Shown in pieces: positions 31,949-42,307 of a stretch of 64,000 nt of DNA. How positions within the stretch are numbered: the stretch's first letter is position 1; each line of letters opens with the position of its first letter. The notes beneath the pieces were generated by a model. The model was not told the origin of the DNA, ran no database searches, and saw only the letters and a program-made list of their open reading frames with translations. A program made the position numbers and the translations under genes. Origin of the DNA: Candidatus Latescibacterota bacterium (GTDB lineage: Bacteria; Latescibacterota; UBA2968); assembly GCA_965205975.1 (NCBI GenBank), contig OZ242195.1, positions 2,624,001 to 2,688,000 of the forward strand, written 5' to 3'.

Positions 31949-33079
31949 TTAAGTGATTCGACAAACTCTGGAATCACTTGCTCCCATTCCAGTGTGTTGG
32001 GCTTTTAATACAACAACAATTCGCTCTGCGGTGTTGCCATCCCACAACTCGGGTAAGCGGCCAGATTTATAATGTCCGTTCAAAACAGATTCAGCCTCTG
32101 CAACAATGCGTTCAGGACAAACACCCACAAGTGTGTTCGTCCCAATATCTATAGTCTCTGGGCGTTCTGTATTCTCTCTAAGCGTCAAACACGGCACACC
32201 CAAAGACGTCGTCTCTTCTTGCAATCCTCCAGAATCTGTCATCACAAATTTTGCATTCTTCTGAAGTTTCAAAGAATCGAGATAGCCAACGGGATCCATA
32301 AGTTTGACATTATCCATCATCTCAAGCCCTTGCAAAAAACCGAATTGAGATAGGCGATTGCGCGTTCTCGGATGCAAAGGCCACGCGATTGGACATTTGA
32401 GAACTTGCAACGCGGATAAAATGCCAGCCAACGTATCTGGACAATCGACATTTGAGGCGCGATGGAGGGTTAGAAAAACGTACTCTTGAACTGATAAACC
32501 GTGTATATCCAGAATGCTGGATTCATCAGCTTTGGGAGATAGCAACACAAGGGAATCGATCATCACATTGCCCACAAAATGAATGCGGTGATCTTCTATG
32601 CCTTCGCGCCTCAGATTTTCACATGCCTGCTTCGAGGGTGCAAATAACAGATCGCTTATGGCATCCACAACGAGCCGATTGATCTCTTCGGGCATTGAAC
32701 GGTCCCAACTTCGCAACCCTGCCTCTATGTGCCCAACGGGGATTTGCAATTTTGCGGCATCCATCGCACATGCCAAAGTGGAATTTACATCCCCAACCAC
32801 AAGAACCCAATTCGGCCTTTCTTGAAGTAAAACCTCCTCAAATCCCATCATGATCTGCGCTGTCTGGTAAGCGTGACTGCCCGACCCCACATTTAATTCA
32901 TAATGTGGCCTGGGAAGATTTAAGTCTCGAAAAAAAATCTCGGACATAAAATCGTCGTAGTGCTGTCCCGTATGCACCAGAATCGGATCAAACACATCGG
33001 GCGTCTTGACAAGTTGATACCACAGCGGAGCAACTTTCATAAAATTCGGCCGTGCACCTGCAACAAGAATAATTTTCAC
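31949..33079 (-). CDS. wecB: UDP-N-acetylglucosamine 2-epimerase (non-hydrolysing)
   Basis: GARPNFMK, HTGQH, HIEAGLRS, TDSGGLQEE, TERPET. Confidence 0.95.
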   Translation of the reverse strand: MKIILVAGARPNFMKVAPLWYQLVKTPDVFDPILVHTGQHYDDFMSEIFFRDLNLPRPHYELNVGSGSHAYQTAQIMMGFEEVLLQERPNWVLVVGDVNSTLACAMDAAKLQIPVGHIEAGLRSWDRSMPEEINRLVVDAISDLLFAPSKQACENLRREGIEDHRIHFVGNVMIDSLVLLSPKADESSILDIHGLSVQEYVFLTLHRASNVDCPDTLAGILSALQVLKCPIAWPLHPRTRNRLSQFGFLQGLEMMDNVKLMDPVGYLDSLKLQKNAKFVMTDSGGLQEETTSLGVPCLTLRENTERPETIDIGTNTLVGVCPERIVAEAESVLNGHYKSGRLPELWDGNTAERIVVVLKAQHTGMGASDSRVCRIT

Positions 33080-33092
33080 CTGCCTACTCCTT

Positions 33093-33872
33093 CTATTTCG
33101 GAGTTTCCACCTGCCAAATCGGATACCGTATATCTGCCCGCTGCATCTCTCGTTGCAACCATTGATTAAACAGAAGCTTTCGGATCTCCTTTGCTATCCG
33201 CCCGTCCAGCATTGTCGGATAGAGTTCCTGTAATAAATACAGCGCAAAGCCTTTCGATACTTTTTCTGGACCAAAAATTTCACCTATCGAAGCGGCAAAC
33301 ACGCGCGCAGCAATCCCCTTTGGCAACTGCTTCCGCCGAACACGACCCAAAAAGCCACTACCTGATCGCGTGTGTGCATCTTGAGAAAACCGACGCGCCA
33401 TCGCGTGAAAATCTGCACCTTCTTCCCGTATCTGCAAATCAACCTCGTCGATCACATCCTTATCCATGTGAAAAATCCAGCAAATCTCCGCCTCATCAAA
33501 TTCCAGCGTGTGCTGTGCAAAATAGGATTCGACCTGCCCCTCGGCGATCTTCTCAGACAGCAAATACTCCAGTCGCCTCACCTCGGCATCTTCTGCCACA
33601 TCCTGAAGTGTAATACCCCGCTTTGCAAGATAGGCTTCTGTATCTTCTACCCGCTCCAAACGATGTTGATACCGCCAGTCATTCACCTTGCGCTGGATAT
33701 CCTCCGGCGCTGCACAAACACCCTCGCGTCGGGCGAGTTGGCGTATCAATTCTCTACGCGCAAATTCATTAAAAAAATGCAGATTATCAGCAACACCCAA
33801 TTGTCGCACGACATGGTGCAACGACACCTCGACATCATTGACCTGAACCAGTATAGCATCCTCTGACATCAC
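33093..33872 (-). CDS. PpiC-type rotamase / SurA-like chaperone associated with the peptide exporter
   Basis: FHAMARRFSQD...GFLG, VFAAS.GEIFGP, LFNQWL. Confidence 0.8.
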   Translation of the reverse strand: MMSEDAILVQVNDVEVSLHHVVRQLGVADNLHFFNEFARRELIRQLARREGVCAAPEDIQRKVNDWRYQHRLERVEDTEAYLAKRGITLQDVAEDAEVRRLEYLLSEKIAEGQVESYFAQHTLEFDEAEICWIFHMDKDVIDEVDLQIREEGADFHAMARRFSQDAHTRSGSGFLGRVRRKQLPKGIAARVFAASIGEIFGPEKVSKGFALYLLQELYPTMLDGRIAKEIRKLLFNQWLQREMQRADIRYPIWQVETPK

Positions 33873-35254
33873 AACGCCCCCTCTTGCACATCGTATCTCG
33901 CCGACTCGTAAAGCTGTCGCAAAGGAGAAAGCAACATCAGCAAAACCGATTGCCGATCGGTCATAATCTCCGCCGTACCCTTCATGCCGAACATCAAAGG
34001 CTTGTCATATCCCTTCACACGCATCGTATTTTCTTCCAGTTCAACAACGCACTTAAATAGCGGTCCAATACGTTCATCAATCACCGCATCAGGTGAGATG
34101 TATATAAGCCACCCGCGTTTGATGCCAAAATCCTGAAAGGCATAAGCATCGTATTTCAGCTTGACCAACTGCCCGGGCTTGAGCAAACCCACATCTTTAT
34201 TCAACACCATCACCTCTGCAACCATCGGTGCCGAGGTCGGTGCCAGCGCAATTAGAGCCTGCCCCTTGTTGATCACCTGTCCCATCGCATTCACCATCAC
34301 CTGTGTGACAATGCCCGACTCAGGTGCTAAGATCAAATCCGACTCAGCTTCAAGGGTCCGATCAATGCGTTTGCGTGCCTGTTCCAATCGCAACTGTGCA
34401 GTCTCATAAGCGTGTCGCATCTGCGATGCCTCCCGCTCGTGTGCAATACGCGCCTCTGTGATTTGACGCTTGAGATCAGCCACAGCCATTTCATTCTTGT
34501 ATATCTCCGACATGCGCGATGGAAGCGCGGATAGAGCACTCAAATACTGCACACGCGCGCGATTCATAGCCGCCCGGCTGATCAACTCGCGCTCAAACAG
34601 CGTCTTTTGCTGCAAAAACTCCCCTTTCATAAGGTCAATCTCAGCCTGTCGAAATCCAATCTGCGCTTGCAATCCCGCATCAGATGTTTTGCTTTTCGAT
34701 CCGACACCATCCCCCACATCACTGTGATAATCTTCCAATGCATCCTGGTGCGCCTCCATAAACTGCTGCAAAACAGACAGGCGTTGCTCCAATACCCCTA
34801 TCGTCTCTCGATTTAACCTCGCCCTTTGTGGCAACACCGTCTTGAGATCGTACTCTGCCTTTTGAAAAGCCATCTTTGCCTGCTCCCATTCCCGCAACTC
34901 TCCCCAGGTCTCCCACGATTTGAGCTTAAACAATACCTCACCCTTCTCGACATGATCTCCCTCTTTCACGCCAATCAACTCAATCTCACCACCTCGCTGT
35001 GCCTGCATCGTCTTCACCTGTCCGAGGGGCACCAACCGAAAAGGGGCTGATGCCACCACATCCACCTCGCCCCACCACGCCCAGGTAATGGCAACAATCA
35101 CAAATAGCAGGACAATATAGAGCAATGCACGACCCCAAAAGGGCCGCAAGGATCCCATAAACGCATGCACCTCTTCTGCCGCGTCATCTTGTCCCTGAAT
35201 GATACCGGGAGACATTGTTTCTGCTGGTGTCTCCAAAAACCGTTCTGCCATCAT
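33869..35254 (-). CDS. HlyD family membrane fusion protein
   Basis: N-terminal TM, VKEGDHVEKGE, coiled coil, NKDVG, KYDAY, ISPDA. Confidence 0.92.
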   Translation of the reverse strand: MMAERFLETPAETMSPGIIQGQDDAAEEVHAFMGSLRPFWGRALLYIVLLFVIVAITWAWWGEVDVVASAPFRLVPLGQVKTMQAQRGGEIELIGVKEGDHVEKGEVLFKLKSWETWGELREWEQAKMAFQKAEYDLKTVLPQRARLNRETIGVLEQRLSVLQQFMEAHQDALEDYHSDVGDGVGSKSKTSDAGLQAQIGFRQAEIDLMKGEFLQQKTLFERELISRAAMNRARVQYLSALSALPSRMSEIYKNEMAVADLKRQITEARIAHEREASQMRHAYETAQLRLEQARKRIDRTLEAESDLILAPESGIVTQVMVNAMGQVINKGQALIALAPTSAPMVAEVMVLNKDVGLLKPGQLVKLKYDAYAFQDFGIKRGWLIYISPDAVIDERIGPLFKCVVELEENTMRVKGYDKPLMFGMKGTAEIMTDRQSVLLMLLSPLRQLYESARYDVQEGAL

Positions 35255-38200
35255 ACCACCTGCAACTGTTGACTACACATGTGATAGTACAAACCCTCTT
35301 GCACCATCAACTCATCGTGTGTGCCCATCTCCACAATATGACCCTTGTCCAGCACCACAATCGCATCCGCATCGCGCACCGTACTCAACCGATGGGCGAT
35401 AATCAATGCCGTGCGATCATCTAAAAACAGATCTAAATTCGCCTGAATCACCTGTTCCGAATCCGTATCTAAGGCATTGGTCGCCTCATCAAAAATCAAA
35501 ATTTTCGGATCGCAATACAGCGCCCGTGCAATCGCAATCCGCTGCCGTTGTCCACCAGACAGCCCCACACCCTGCTCACCCACCTTTGTCTCATAGCCCA
35601 AAGGCATATCGCTCACGAAATCGTGGACACACGATAGCTTTGCCACTTCCAAAATGCGGTCCATGTCCGCATCTGACTGACCAATAGCGATATTTTCTGC
35701 AATCGTGCCAGAGAACAAAAACGGCTCCTGCATCACCATACCCACCTGTCGCCGCAACCAATGAGGGTCCAGATCCCGCACATCCATACCATCTAAGGTC
35801 ACGCGCCCTTCTGACGGATCAAATAAACGAGGTACCAGCTTGACCAACGTGGTTTTACCCGCGCCACTACGTCCCACAACCGCAACTTTTTGACCCGGCT
35901 CAAGAATCAGATCAATGTTATTCAACACATACGGTTCATCAGAACCGACACCATATCTAAAAAATACCCCCTCAAAAACCACGCGCCCTTCCAAATGCTT
36001 TAAGATCAAACCCTGACCCTGTTGCCGCGCATCCTCCATCTGCGTGTCATACACATCATTCAGCCGATCCAGAGCAATACGCGCTTCTTGCACCTGCGGC
36101 CATATCCCAATCAAGCCCATAATCGGTCCCATCACATTGCCAATCAGCGCATTAAACGCCATCAACTGTCCAACCGACAGATTACCTGCAATCACCAGGG
36201 AAGCACCATACCACAAAATCACCGTACTGCTCAACAAATTGATCACGCTTCCGATCCCCCCAAACAGCATCTGCATTTTTAACCGTTGAAAGCCAATCTG
36301 CATTTCCTTTGTGAACTTACCTTCCCAATGCCACCGTGTCGCGCGCTCAACCGCCTCGGCTTTGACCACATCAATGCCGTGTAGCGAATCAATCAAAACC
36401 GATGATTGTTCGGCACGCGCCAGAAAAGCGCGCTGGCTGAAAGCCTTCAAAATGGGTGTGTAAATCAGCGTGAGACCTATAGAAAGCGGCACAAATATCA
36501 GCATCACCAGCGTCAGTTCGGCATTGTAATAAAACATCAGACCCAGATAGACAAAGAGCATGATAAAATCCAGAACCGCAGAAACCGTCGCACCCGTCAA
36601 CAAACGCTGAATCGTTGCATTCTCCCGAAACCGCGTGGTCAAATCTCCCGTGCGCCTGAGAGCAAAAAACCGCATGGACAGCGCCAATAAATGCCGATAA
36701 AAACGCGACAACATCGCAATGCTCAACCGCGCACTTACATATCCGATTAAATAGACGCGCAACGTTGATGTGCCCATCTGGAACAACGCAACCACGACCA
36801 TCCCTACCAGCATCAAATTCAACAAATCCTCGTCGTGATGCACTAAGACCTGATCGATAATCGTCTGCATAAAAATAGGCGATGCCAGACCGAACAAACT
36901 GAGCACTAAAGACGCTAATAGTACCTCAATCAAAATGCCCCTATAAGGCCGGATCAATGGAAAAAACCGCTTAAAAGAAGACTGGGACGGTTCGTTCTCT
37001 GCCACCTGATCCGTGTATTCCAACAACAGCGCCATGTTCGTCCACCCCTTCTCAAACTCTGCCCGCGACAGCTTGCGAATGCCCACACCTGGATCTGCTA
37101 TCTTCACCTCCCTTTTATTTATCTGATACAAGACCACAAAATGATTGCCTTCCCAGTGAAGAATGGCTGGCAATTCTGTCCGCATCAGAGCTTCATACCC
37201 CGTGCGCACACCGCGCGTGACAAAACCTATGGTTTCCGCAGCCTCGGCCAAAGCCGCCATCGACGTGCCAGAACGCGACACATTGGACATATCGCGCAGC
37301 CTGTTCAACCCAATAGGCATCTTGTAATACTTACAGATCATGCCCAAACACGCCGCGCCACAATCCGATTGATCGTGTTGCTTCAAGAATGGGAAGCGAA
37401 ACCAAGTGGATGGTTTTGCACCGTCTATTCTGATATTAACCACATTGGATGCTGTATTGGATACCGTGTCTTCTTGGATAACAGATTGCTCAACCGGTGT
37501 GGCCTCTTGATACCCCGATGGGGACAGGGCTTGCCGATCATCCCGTGCCTGTCTAAACCCTGCTCCATTCGTTCGCTGTTCTCCGCGCGATATGCGGCCT
37601 GCCTCCAACGCAGCCTCAAATCCCGGTATCATAGCTTTTAACTTATTAAAATCGCTTTTATCTATGTAAAAAAGCACACTATCACGCCGAGTGCGAATGA
37701 TCGTTTCGTCATCTCTACCATCGCCAAAATAATCCCCCGGGCGTAGAATCACCGTATTCCCATTTTCCAACACCGCCTCCAACTGACCGCTGCCAATCAA
37801 ATAAAATCGCTGTCCGAATTGCCCTTGATCAACAACGGTCACACCCTCCTCAACCGCCTCGCGCTTTAGCCGCGCGAACAACACCCGCATCGCCTCGCCC
37901 GGAACATCCCCTTTCAAAAACCGCGTAAAATCCCGATACGCAATACAGGCAACCTGCTCTTCAAGATATGCCCTTACATCAGAACTTTTTCTCACAGCCT
38001 TAAAAAATTCATCCTTCGGCACCTGCAACATCTCCGCATCCTCAACCGCTCGCACCGTTGCCCGATGCCCCTGCCTGCTCAACAGTGCCCCTTCGCCAAA
38101 ATGATCACCCGCATACAAATAGCCCACGGTCATCGAATTGCCATTCCCATCCTGCTTCATCACCCGCAACCGTCCAGACTGCACAATGTAAAACGCCTCA

Positions 38201-38295
38201 CCTTCTTGCCCCTGTTGAAAAACAACACCTCCAAAGGGAAAGTGAACAGATTGTGACCGCACCGAGTTTTTAATGAAAAAATGCGAAAGATTCAT
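35251..38295 (-). CDS. Peptidase-containing ABC exporter (PCAT): two cNMP-binding domains, C39 peptidase, TMD, NBD
   Basis: GDHFGE and GDYFGD cNMP folds; QHDQSDCGAAC, ILHW..NHFVV, IADP C39 triad; GRSGAGKT, LSGGQRQR; ATG 38295 has a GGAG RBS. Confidence 0.92.
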   Translation of the reverse strand: MNLSHFFIKNSVRSQSVHFPFGGVVFQQGQEGEAFYIVQSGRLRVMKQDGNGNSMTVGYLYAGDHFGEGALLSRQGHRATVRAVEDAEMLQVPKDEFFKAVRKSSDVRAYLEEQVACIAYRDFTRFLKGDVPGEAMRVLFARLKREAVEEGVTVVDQGQFGQRFYLIGSGQLEAVLENGNTVILRPGDYFGDGRDDETIIRTRRDSVLFYIDKSDFNKLKAMIPGFEAALEAGRISRGEQRTNGAGFRQARDDRQALSPSGYQEATPVEQSVIQEDTVSNTASNVVNIRIDGAKPSTWFRFPFLKQHDQSDCGAACLGMICKYYKMPIGLNRLRDMSNVSRSGTSMAALAEAAETIGFVTRGVRTGYEALMRTELPAILHWEGNHFVVLYQINKREVKIADPGVGIRKLSRAEFEKGWTNMALLLEYTDQVAENEPSQSSFKRFFPLIRPYRGILIEVLLASLVLSLFGLASPIFMQTIIDQVLVHHDEDLLNLMLVGMVVVALFQMGTSTLRVYLIGYVSARLSIAMLSRFYRHLLALSMRFFALRRTGDLTTRFRENATIQRLLTGATVSAVLDFIMLFVYLGLMFYYNAELTLVMLIFVPLSIGLTLIYTPILKAFSQRAFLARAEQSSVLIDSLHGIDVVKAEAVERATRWHWEGKFTKEMQIGFQRLKMQMLFGGIGSVINLLSSTVILWYGASLVIAGNLSVGQLMAFNALIGNVMGPIMGLIGIWPQVQEARIALDRLNDVYDTQMEDARQQGQGLILKHLEGRVVFEGVFFRYGVGSDEPYVLNNIDLILEPGQKVAVVGRSGAGKTTLVKLVPRLFDPSEGRVTLDGMDVRDLDPHWLRRQVGMVMQEPFLFSGTIAENIAIGQSDADMDRILEVAKLSCVHDFVSDMPLGYETKVGEQGVGLSGGQRQRIAIARALYCDPKILIFDEATNALDTDSEQVIQANLDLFLDDRTALIIAHRLSTVRDADAIVVLDKGHIVEMGTHDELMVQEGLYYHMCSQQLQVV

Positions 38296-38336
38296 TTTTC
38301 TAATTACTCCATTATGTGGATGAGCGCATATCCATC

Positions 38337-39200
38337 TCAATTATCGCATACCGGAGTTTCCTCAAGCTCAACCTCCGCCTCACGGTGATCTGTTTCTTCG
38401 CGCTTTGCCAACTGATAAAACCACCACAACCCAAGAACAGCCAATATTGGTCCGCACACATTCAACCACCACGGATTGTGAACCACAACATTAAAATCTT
38501 CTGAAACTGGAAAACCCGGTACATCGAAATGCAGAAATGTTGTAGCCAGAAAATTGTTCAGAGCGTGTCCCCAAATTGCAGGCCATAAAGACCCCGCTTG
38601 GATGACCCAATAGGCAAAGACAAGCCCTAATACAAAAGCCCCTGGAAATTGCCACGGATTCAAATGTATTAGACCAAATAAAATTGCCGACCACATAATC
38701 GCCCGATTTTGAGTACCATGTGCCAATAAACCTTTCAAGATAATGCCTCTAAAAACGACCTCTTCAATAAAAGGTGCTATCACAACTGCGCCCAATAAGG
38801 CTGACAGATAAGATGTTTTTTTGCCGAAAGATTGATGAAAGATGTCCTGAAATATATCTGGCATTGGCAAAACAGATATAACCGCATTGTACAATTCAGA
38901 AAGAACAACCCCCAGTCCAAAGATAGATAATCCAACGGAAAGCCACATGCGCCAGTCATAGTCTATATTTCTAATCGCAAGAGGCAACATATCTTTCCAG
39001 GTTCGACCCGTTCGATGCGAAATATAGCACAAAATCAGAATAAATTTTACCAACGACAAAAGCCAGAAAGAGTAATCATACTCAAACAAAGGTTTGTCAA
39101 TAATGGCACCTATAATGTCAATCAATATGGTCAAACCAAATGCGATGAGGATATATAATACCAGCAGCCAAACAGACTGTTTCAGATTTGGATACGTCAT
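38337..39200 (-). CDS. CPBP (Abi/CAAX) family intramembrane metalloprotease
   Basis: EEVVFRG, FGLIH, HALNN motifs intact. Confidence 0.9.
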   Translation of the reverse strand: MTYPNLKQSVWLLVLYILIAFGLTILIDIIGAIIDKPLFEYDYSFWLLSLVKFILILCYISHRTGRTWKDMLPLAIRNIDYDWRMWLSVGLSIFGLGVVLSELYNAVISVLPMPDIFQDIFHQSFGKKTSYLSALLGAVVIAPFIEEVVFRGIILKGLLAHGTQNRAIMWSAILFGLIHLNPWQFPGAFVLGLVFAYWVIQAGSLWPAIWGHALNNFLATTFLHFDVPGFPVSEDFNVVVHNPWWLNVCGPILAVLGLWWFYQLAKREETDHREAEVELEETPVCDN

Positions 39201-39300
39201 CTCTTTCCTTCTTGATAACTGATGTTACGCAGTGGTGAGTTGATTTTTTGTTCAAAGTATGGACAAAAAATCTAATAAGCTGTTTTAAAATTATTGAGAG

Positions 39301-39661
39301 TTAAAAAGTTTCGCGCTTCGCCACCTGAAAAAACCACCACAACCCAATCACAGCCAATAGTACCGCACACACATCTACCCACCACGGCAAAAAGATCAAA
39401 GCTTCTGAAATTTTCCCAAAGCCCGGTATTCCTGATCGTGCCAAGGTAACGGCCAAAAAACTGTTCAGTGCGTTTCCCAAAAGACAAGGCAACAAAGACC
39501 CCGTTTGAATAAACCACCATGCGAATACAAGTCCAAATGTGAAGGCCAGGGGAAATTGCCACGGATTCAGATAAGATAAAAAAAATAAAATTGTCGACAA
39601 AATAGCGGCCTGAGACTTTGAGCAACAGACCAATAAACCACCTAAAATAATGCCTCGGATC
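39301..39661 (-). pseudogene. Decayed CPBP paralogue fragment abutting the IS3 element
   Basis: IRGIILGG...YLNPWQFP...GNALNS aligns with the intact neighbour but lacks both conserved His residues and the EE motif. Confidence 0.75.
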
Positions 39662-39701
39662 TGTAACCCAAAATTTGAACCAGTTAGTAGGCTAATTTAC
39701 G

Positions 39702-40610
39702 CTAAGGGTCAGTCGTGATATTTCTCATAAGAATGGCCTGCACCACTTCTTGTGGCGTCTGGTAGCCCAAGGCAGAATGCCTTCGATCTTGATTGTAATA
39801 CGTCATTTGTTGCCCAATCACACAAATCAGTTCTGTCAAAGCGTCTGCGTGCATAATCAACGTTTTGTTTTCGGTCTTAAAACGTCCCCAAAAGGACTCT
39901 ATCCACGGATTATCTTTTGCCCCATTCATCGCAAAAGAAATCCCTGCACCTTCTCTTATCAATACACGGTGTAACCAGTCGTATGAGGTGTAAACCGAAT
40001 CGCGGTCGTGATGAATGAGGATGTCAGACAGTCTCCTGTCCAAACAGCTCAGGTTGTTTTGCAACTGGTCCAGACAGTATATCGCCAGGGCACGGTTGCG
40101 ATGTGCGCCTACGCCAAAGCCTGCGATCCACCTTGTCTGGATGTCCAAAAAGGCCATTAACCACGCTTTTTTCTGTCCTTGGCAATAGAACAATTCTGTA
40201 AAGTCGGTGCAAAAGACACGCAAGGGATCAATGGTGCGGTTCTGGACTAAATTAGCGTCTTGTCCGACTTGGCTTATCAGCTTCAATACCGGATTCTTGC
40301 CGCGTTTTGGCAGATGACGAGGTAAGTCTAACTCATAAGTTGACAATAGCTTACGCAACCGCTTATGATTGATCACGATGCCAGTACGGGCTTTTATATC
40401 TTCCTTGATGCGACGATACCCATAATCAGGATGATGCCTGATCGTCGTGATGATCTCATCCTTTATCTGGGCATCTTCACCCGAACAAGAGGCCCGACCG
40501 CGACGATAGGCAAGCGTCCCTTTCGACAAGCATAGGGCACGGCAGCACATATTTAGACCATACCTGTCTTTATGCCTCTCGACCAGTTCTACTTTGTCTG
40601 ACACGCTCAA
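39702..40610 (-). CDS. IS3 transposase OrfB (DDE)
   Basis: YGYRRI, CTDFTE, HHDRDSVY, DNPWIESF, RRHSALGYQTP. Confidence 0.92.
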   Translation of the reverse strand: MSVSDKVELVERHKDRYGLNMCCRALCLSKGTLAYRRGRASCSGEDAQIKDEIITTIRHHPDYGYRRIKEDIKARTGIVINHKRLRKLLSTYELDLPRHLPKRGKNPVLKLISQVGQDANLVQNRTIDPLRVFCTDFTELFYCQGQKKAWLMAFLDIQTRWIAGFGVGAHRNRALAIYCLDQLQNNLSCLDRRLSDILIHHDRDSVYTSYDWLHRVLIREGAGISFAMNGAKDNPWIESFWGRFKTENKTLIMHADALTELICVIGQQMTYYNQDRRHSALGYQTPQEVVQAILMRNITTDP

Positions 40611-40891
40611 CGGTTGCCTAAAAAATTTTTGAGCAGAGCCAGTTCGACTTCTTTCTGACCTAACAGGCGCTCCAGATCAGACACACGCGCTTCATACGTC
40701 TTGACCGTATCGTTGCCAGAGAAAATCTCTGCACCACTGTCTATAAACTGACGCTTCCAATTTGATAGACTCACCGGGTGCACATCGTAAGCGCGAGCGA
40801 TTTCTGCATCCTCTTTGTCTGAGGTCAGTGCTTCTAACACGATCTGGAACTTGAGTTTAGCCGAGTAGGACTTCTTGGTTTTCTTACCCAT
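40607..40891 (-). CDS. IS3 transposase OrfA (HTH)
   Basis: YSAKLKFQIV HTH; T TTT TTA slippery site near the 3' end. Confidence 0.9.
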   Translation of the reverse strand: MGKKTKKSYSAKLKFQIVLEALTSDKEDAEIARAYDVHPVSLSNWKRQFIDSGAEIFSGNDTVKTYEARVSDLERLLGQKEVELALLKNFLGNR

Positions 40892-41138
40892 GGTATCTCC
40901 TCCTGTTGGTGAGAAAATACCACGATGATACTCAATGTCAATTAGCCTTTATACCGGGTCAACTTTTGGGGCGCACCTCAAAACGTTACAATCAGGCATT
41001 TTTAGATTATCTATGATGGTGTTCTTCTGAGGATACAGCGATAGCTTCTGGTAGTATATAGGGAACCTGGTTTTGATGGATGATCTTGAATCCATTTGTC
41101 ATTTTTCACTGAAACTATAAAAATACTCACCTGTTCCT

Positions 41139-41696
41139 CTACTCCTCTTTTTTTTGAAATATTTGAGCTATACCAAAAGCTGTAGGATGTCCTATAACGA
41201 TACATTCTCTATTAAATTTTCTTAGTTTTATAAGATCTGAGATATCTTTAGCACTAATTGCGAGCGCAAAACTCAATATATTGGCGGACCAATAAGATAA
41301 AGAAAGGCAAAAAAGTACTATACAAATACTGCCAGTAGTGATGAGAGGGGTAATTAATGCTTTTCTTTGACAACCTACTGAAACAGGGACCTTACATGCA
41401 CAAAATAGCACTAACCAGTATATATAAAATCCGAAATAGATATTATCTCGATCAATTTTTCCCAATTTGTGGTAAGCGACAAAATGAGAGAGTTCATGTA
41501 TAACTAAGATAATAAGAGCTGCAAGAATCATTGTTAAATAATCATCTTCCCATTGGACCTGAATCTTTTGTTCCTCCAAAAAGGAAAGTATCGACAAAAG
41601 AAAAATTAGCATGCTTGAATAAATGAGAACAGATGTGCCCCAAAGAACAATCAGGTTTGTTTTTATTTCGCCAACTTTATGTAGTACTTTTTTCAT
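41139..41696 (-). CDS. DUF3267-like membrane zincin peptidase
   Basis: TM segments, HELSH (HExxH), ALITP, SAKD; very AT-rich; start probably ATG 41696. Confidence 0.65.
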   Translation of the reverse strand: MKKVLHKVGEIKTNLIVLWGTSVLIYSSMLIFLLSILSFLEEQKIQVQWEDDYLTMILAALIILVIHELSHFVAYHKLGKIDRDNIYFGFYIYWLVLFCACKVPVSVGCQRKALITPLITTGSICIVLFCLSLSYWSANILSFALAISAKDISDLIKLRKFNRECIVIGHPTAFGIAQIFQKKEE

Positions 41697-41884
41697 ATAT
41701 AACTCAAGTTGTGTGGTATAGCGTAGCCATACTATAGGCCAAGACAAAGAAGCCCTTGCTGGTAACTTCAGGTTGTGGACACAGCGTTTTCGGGTGTGAA
41801 TCTGCTGTCTCCAATTTACATTGGAGCCTCTACTATTTCAACTAAGATAGGGACAATACCCAGAATAAGATGAAAGTAGAGAGA

Positions 41885-41920
41885 GTCGATGTCAAACCAC
41901 ATATGTAATTTGACATCGAC
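41885..41920 (-). terminator. Stem-loop downstream of the precursor genes
   Basis: Perfect 12-bp stem GTCGATGTCAAA / TTTGACATCGAC. Confidence 0.65.
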
Positions 41921-41935
41921 AAACAGTACTACAGA

Positions 41936-42307
41936 TTAATCAATAAGATCACTAACAAAATCTACGGCCGCATCCACACCTGCTTTAATCTCTTCCTTCC
42001 AGGTACCAGCAGCTACAGCTACAGCTGCAATTGCAGTTATAATAGGTGCTGCCCCTCCTCCTCCTGGCCCTGCGTTGTTTATTGTTGTGGTTGTGCTGTT
42101 GATAGTAACCATAACAGGTGGAGGCAGGAATTCAGATAGGAGCTCAACCAAAGGATTTGGTCCCAGGGGGACAACCATACGACCACCACCTACAACGTCT
42201 TGCATTTTCGGCAAATCCAACAACTTGTGTTTTACCTGCAATTTCGTACAGGTAACAAATCCTTCATCCGGATTCGTGATAATTCGATCAGTCTGTGTTT
42301 GAGTCAT
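41936..42307 (-). CDS. Putative RiPP precursor 3 (41-aa double-Gly leader, 82-aa core)
   Basis: GGAGG RBS; L(-12), M(-7), V(-4), GG; leader aligns with precursors 1 and 2. Confidence 0.75.
   Translation of the reverse strand: MTQTQTDRIITNPDEGFVTCTKLQVKHKLLDLPKMQDVVGGGRMVVPLGPNPLVELLSEFLPPPVMVTINSTTTTINNAGPGGGGAAPIITAIAAVAVAAGTWKEEIKAGVDAAVDFVSDLID

Larger units (their letters stand above)
39662..40990 (-). mobile_element. IS3-family insertion sequence
   Basis: TGTAAC...GTTACA ends; 3-bp direct repeat ATC (39659-61, 40991-93); imperfect IRs (26/36 when aligned from inner CA at 40975); orfA/orfB. Confidence 0.88.
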
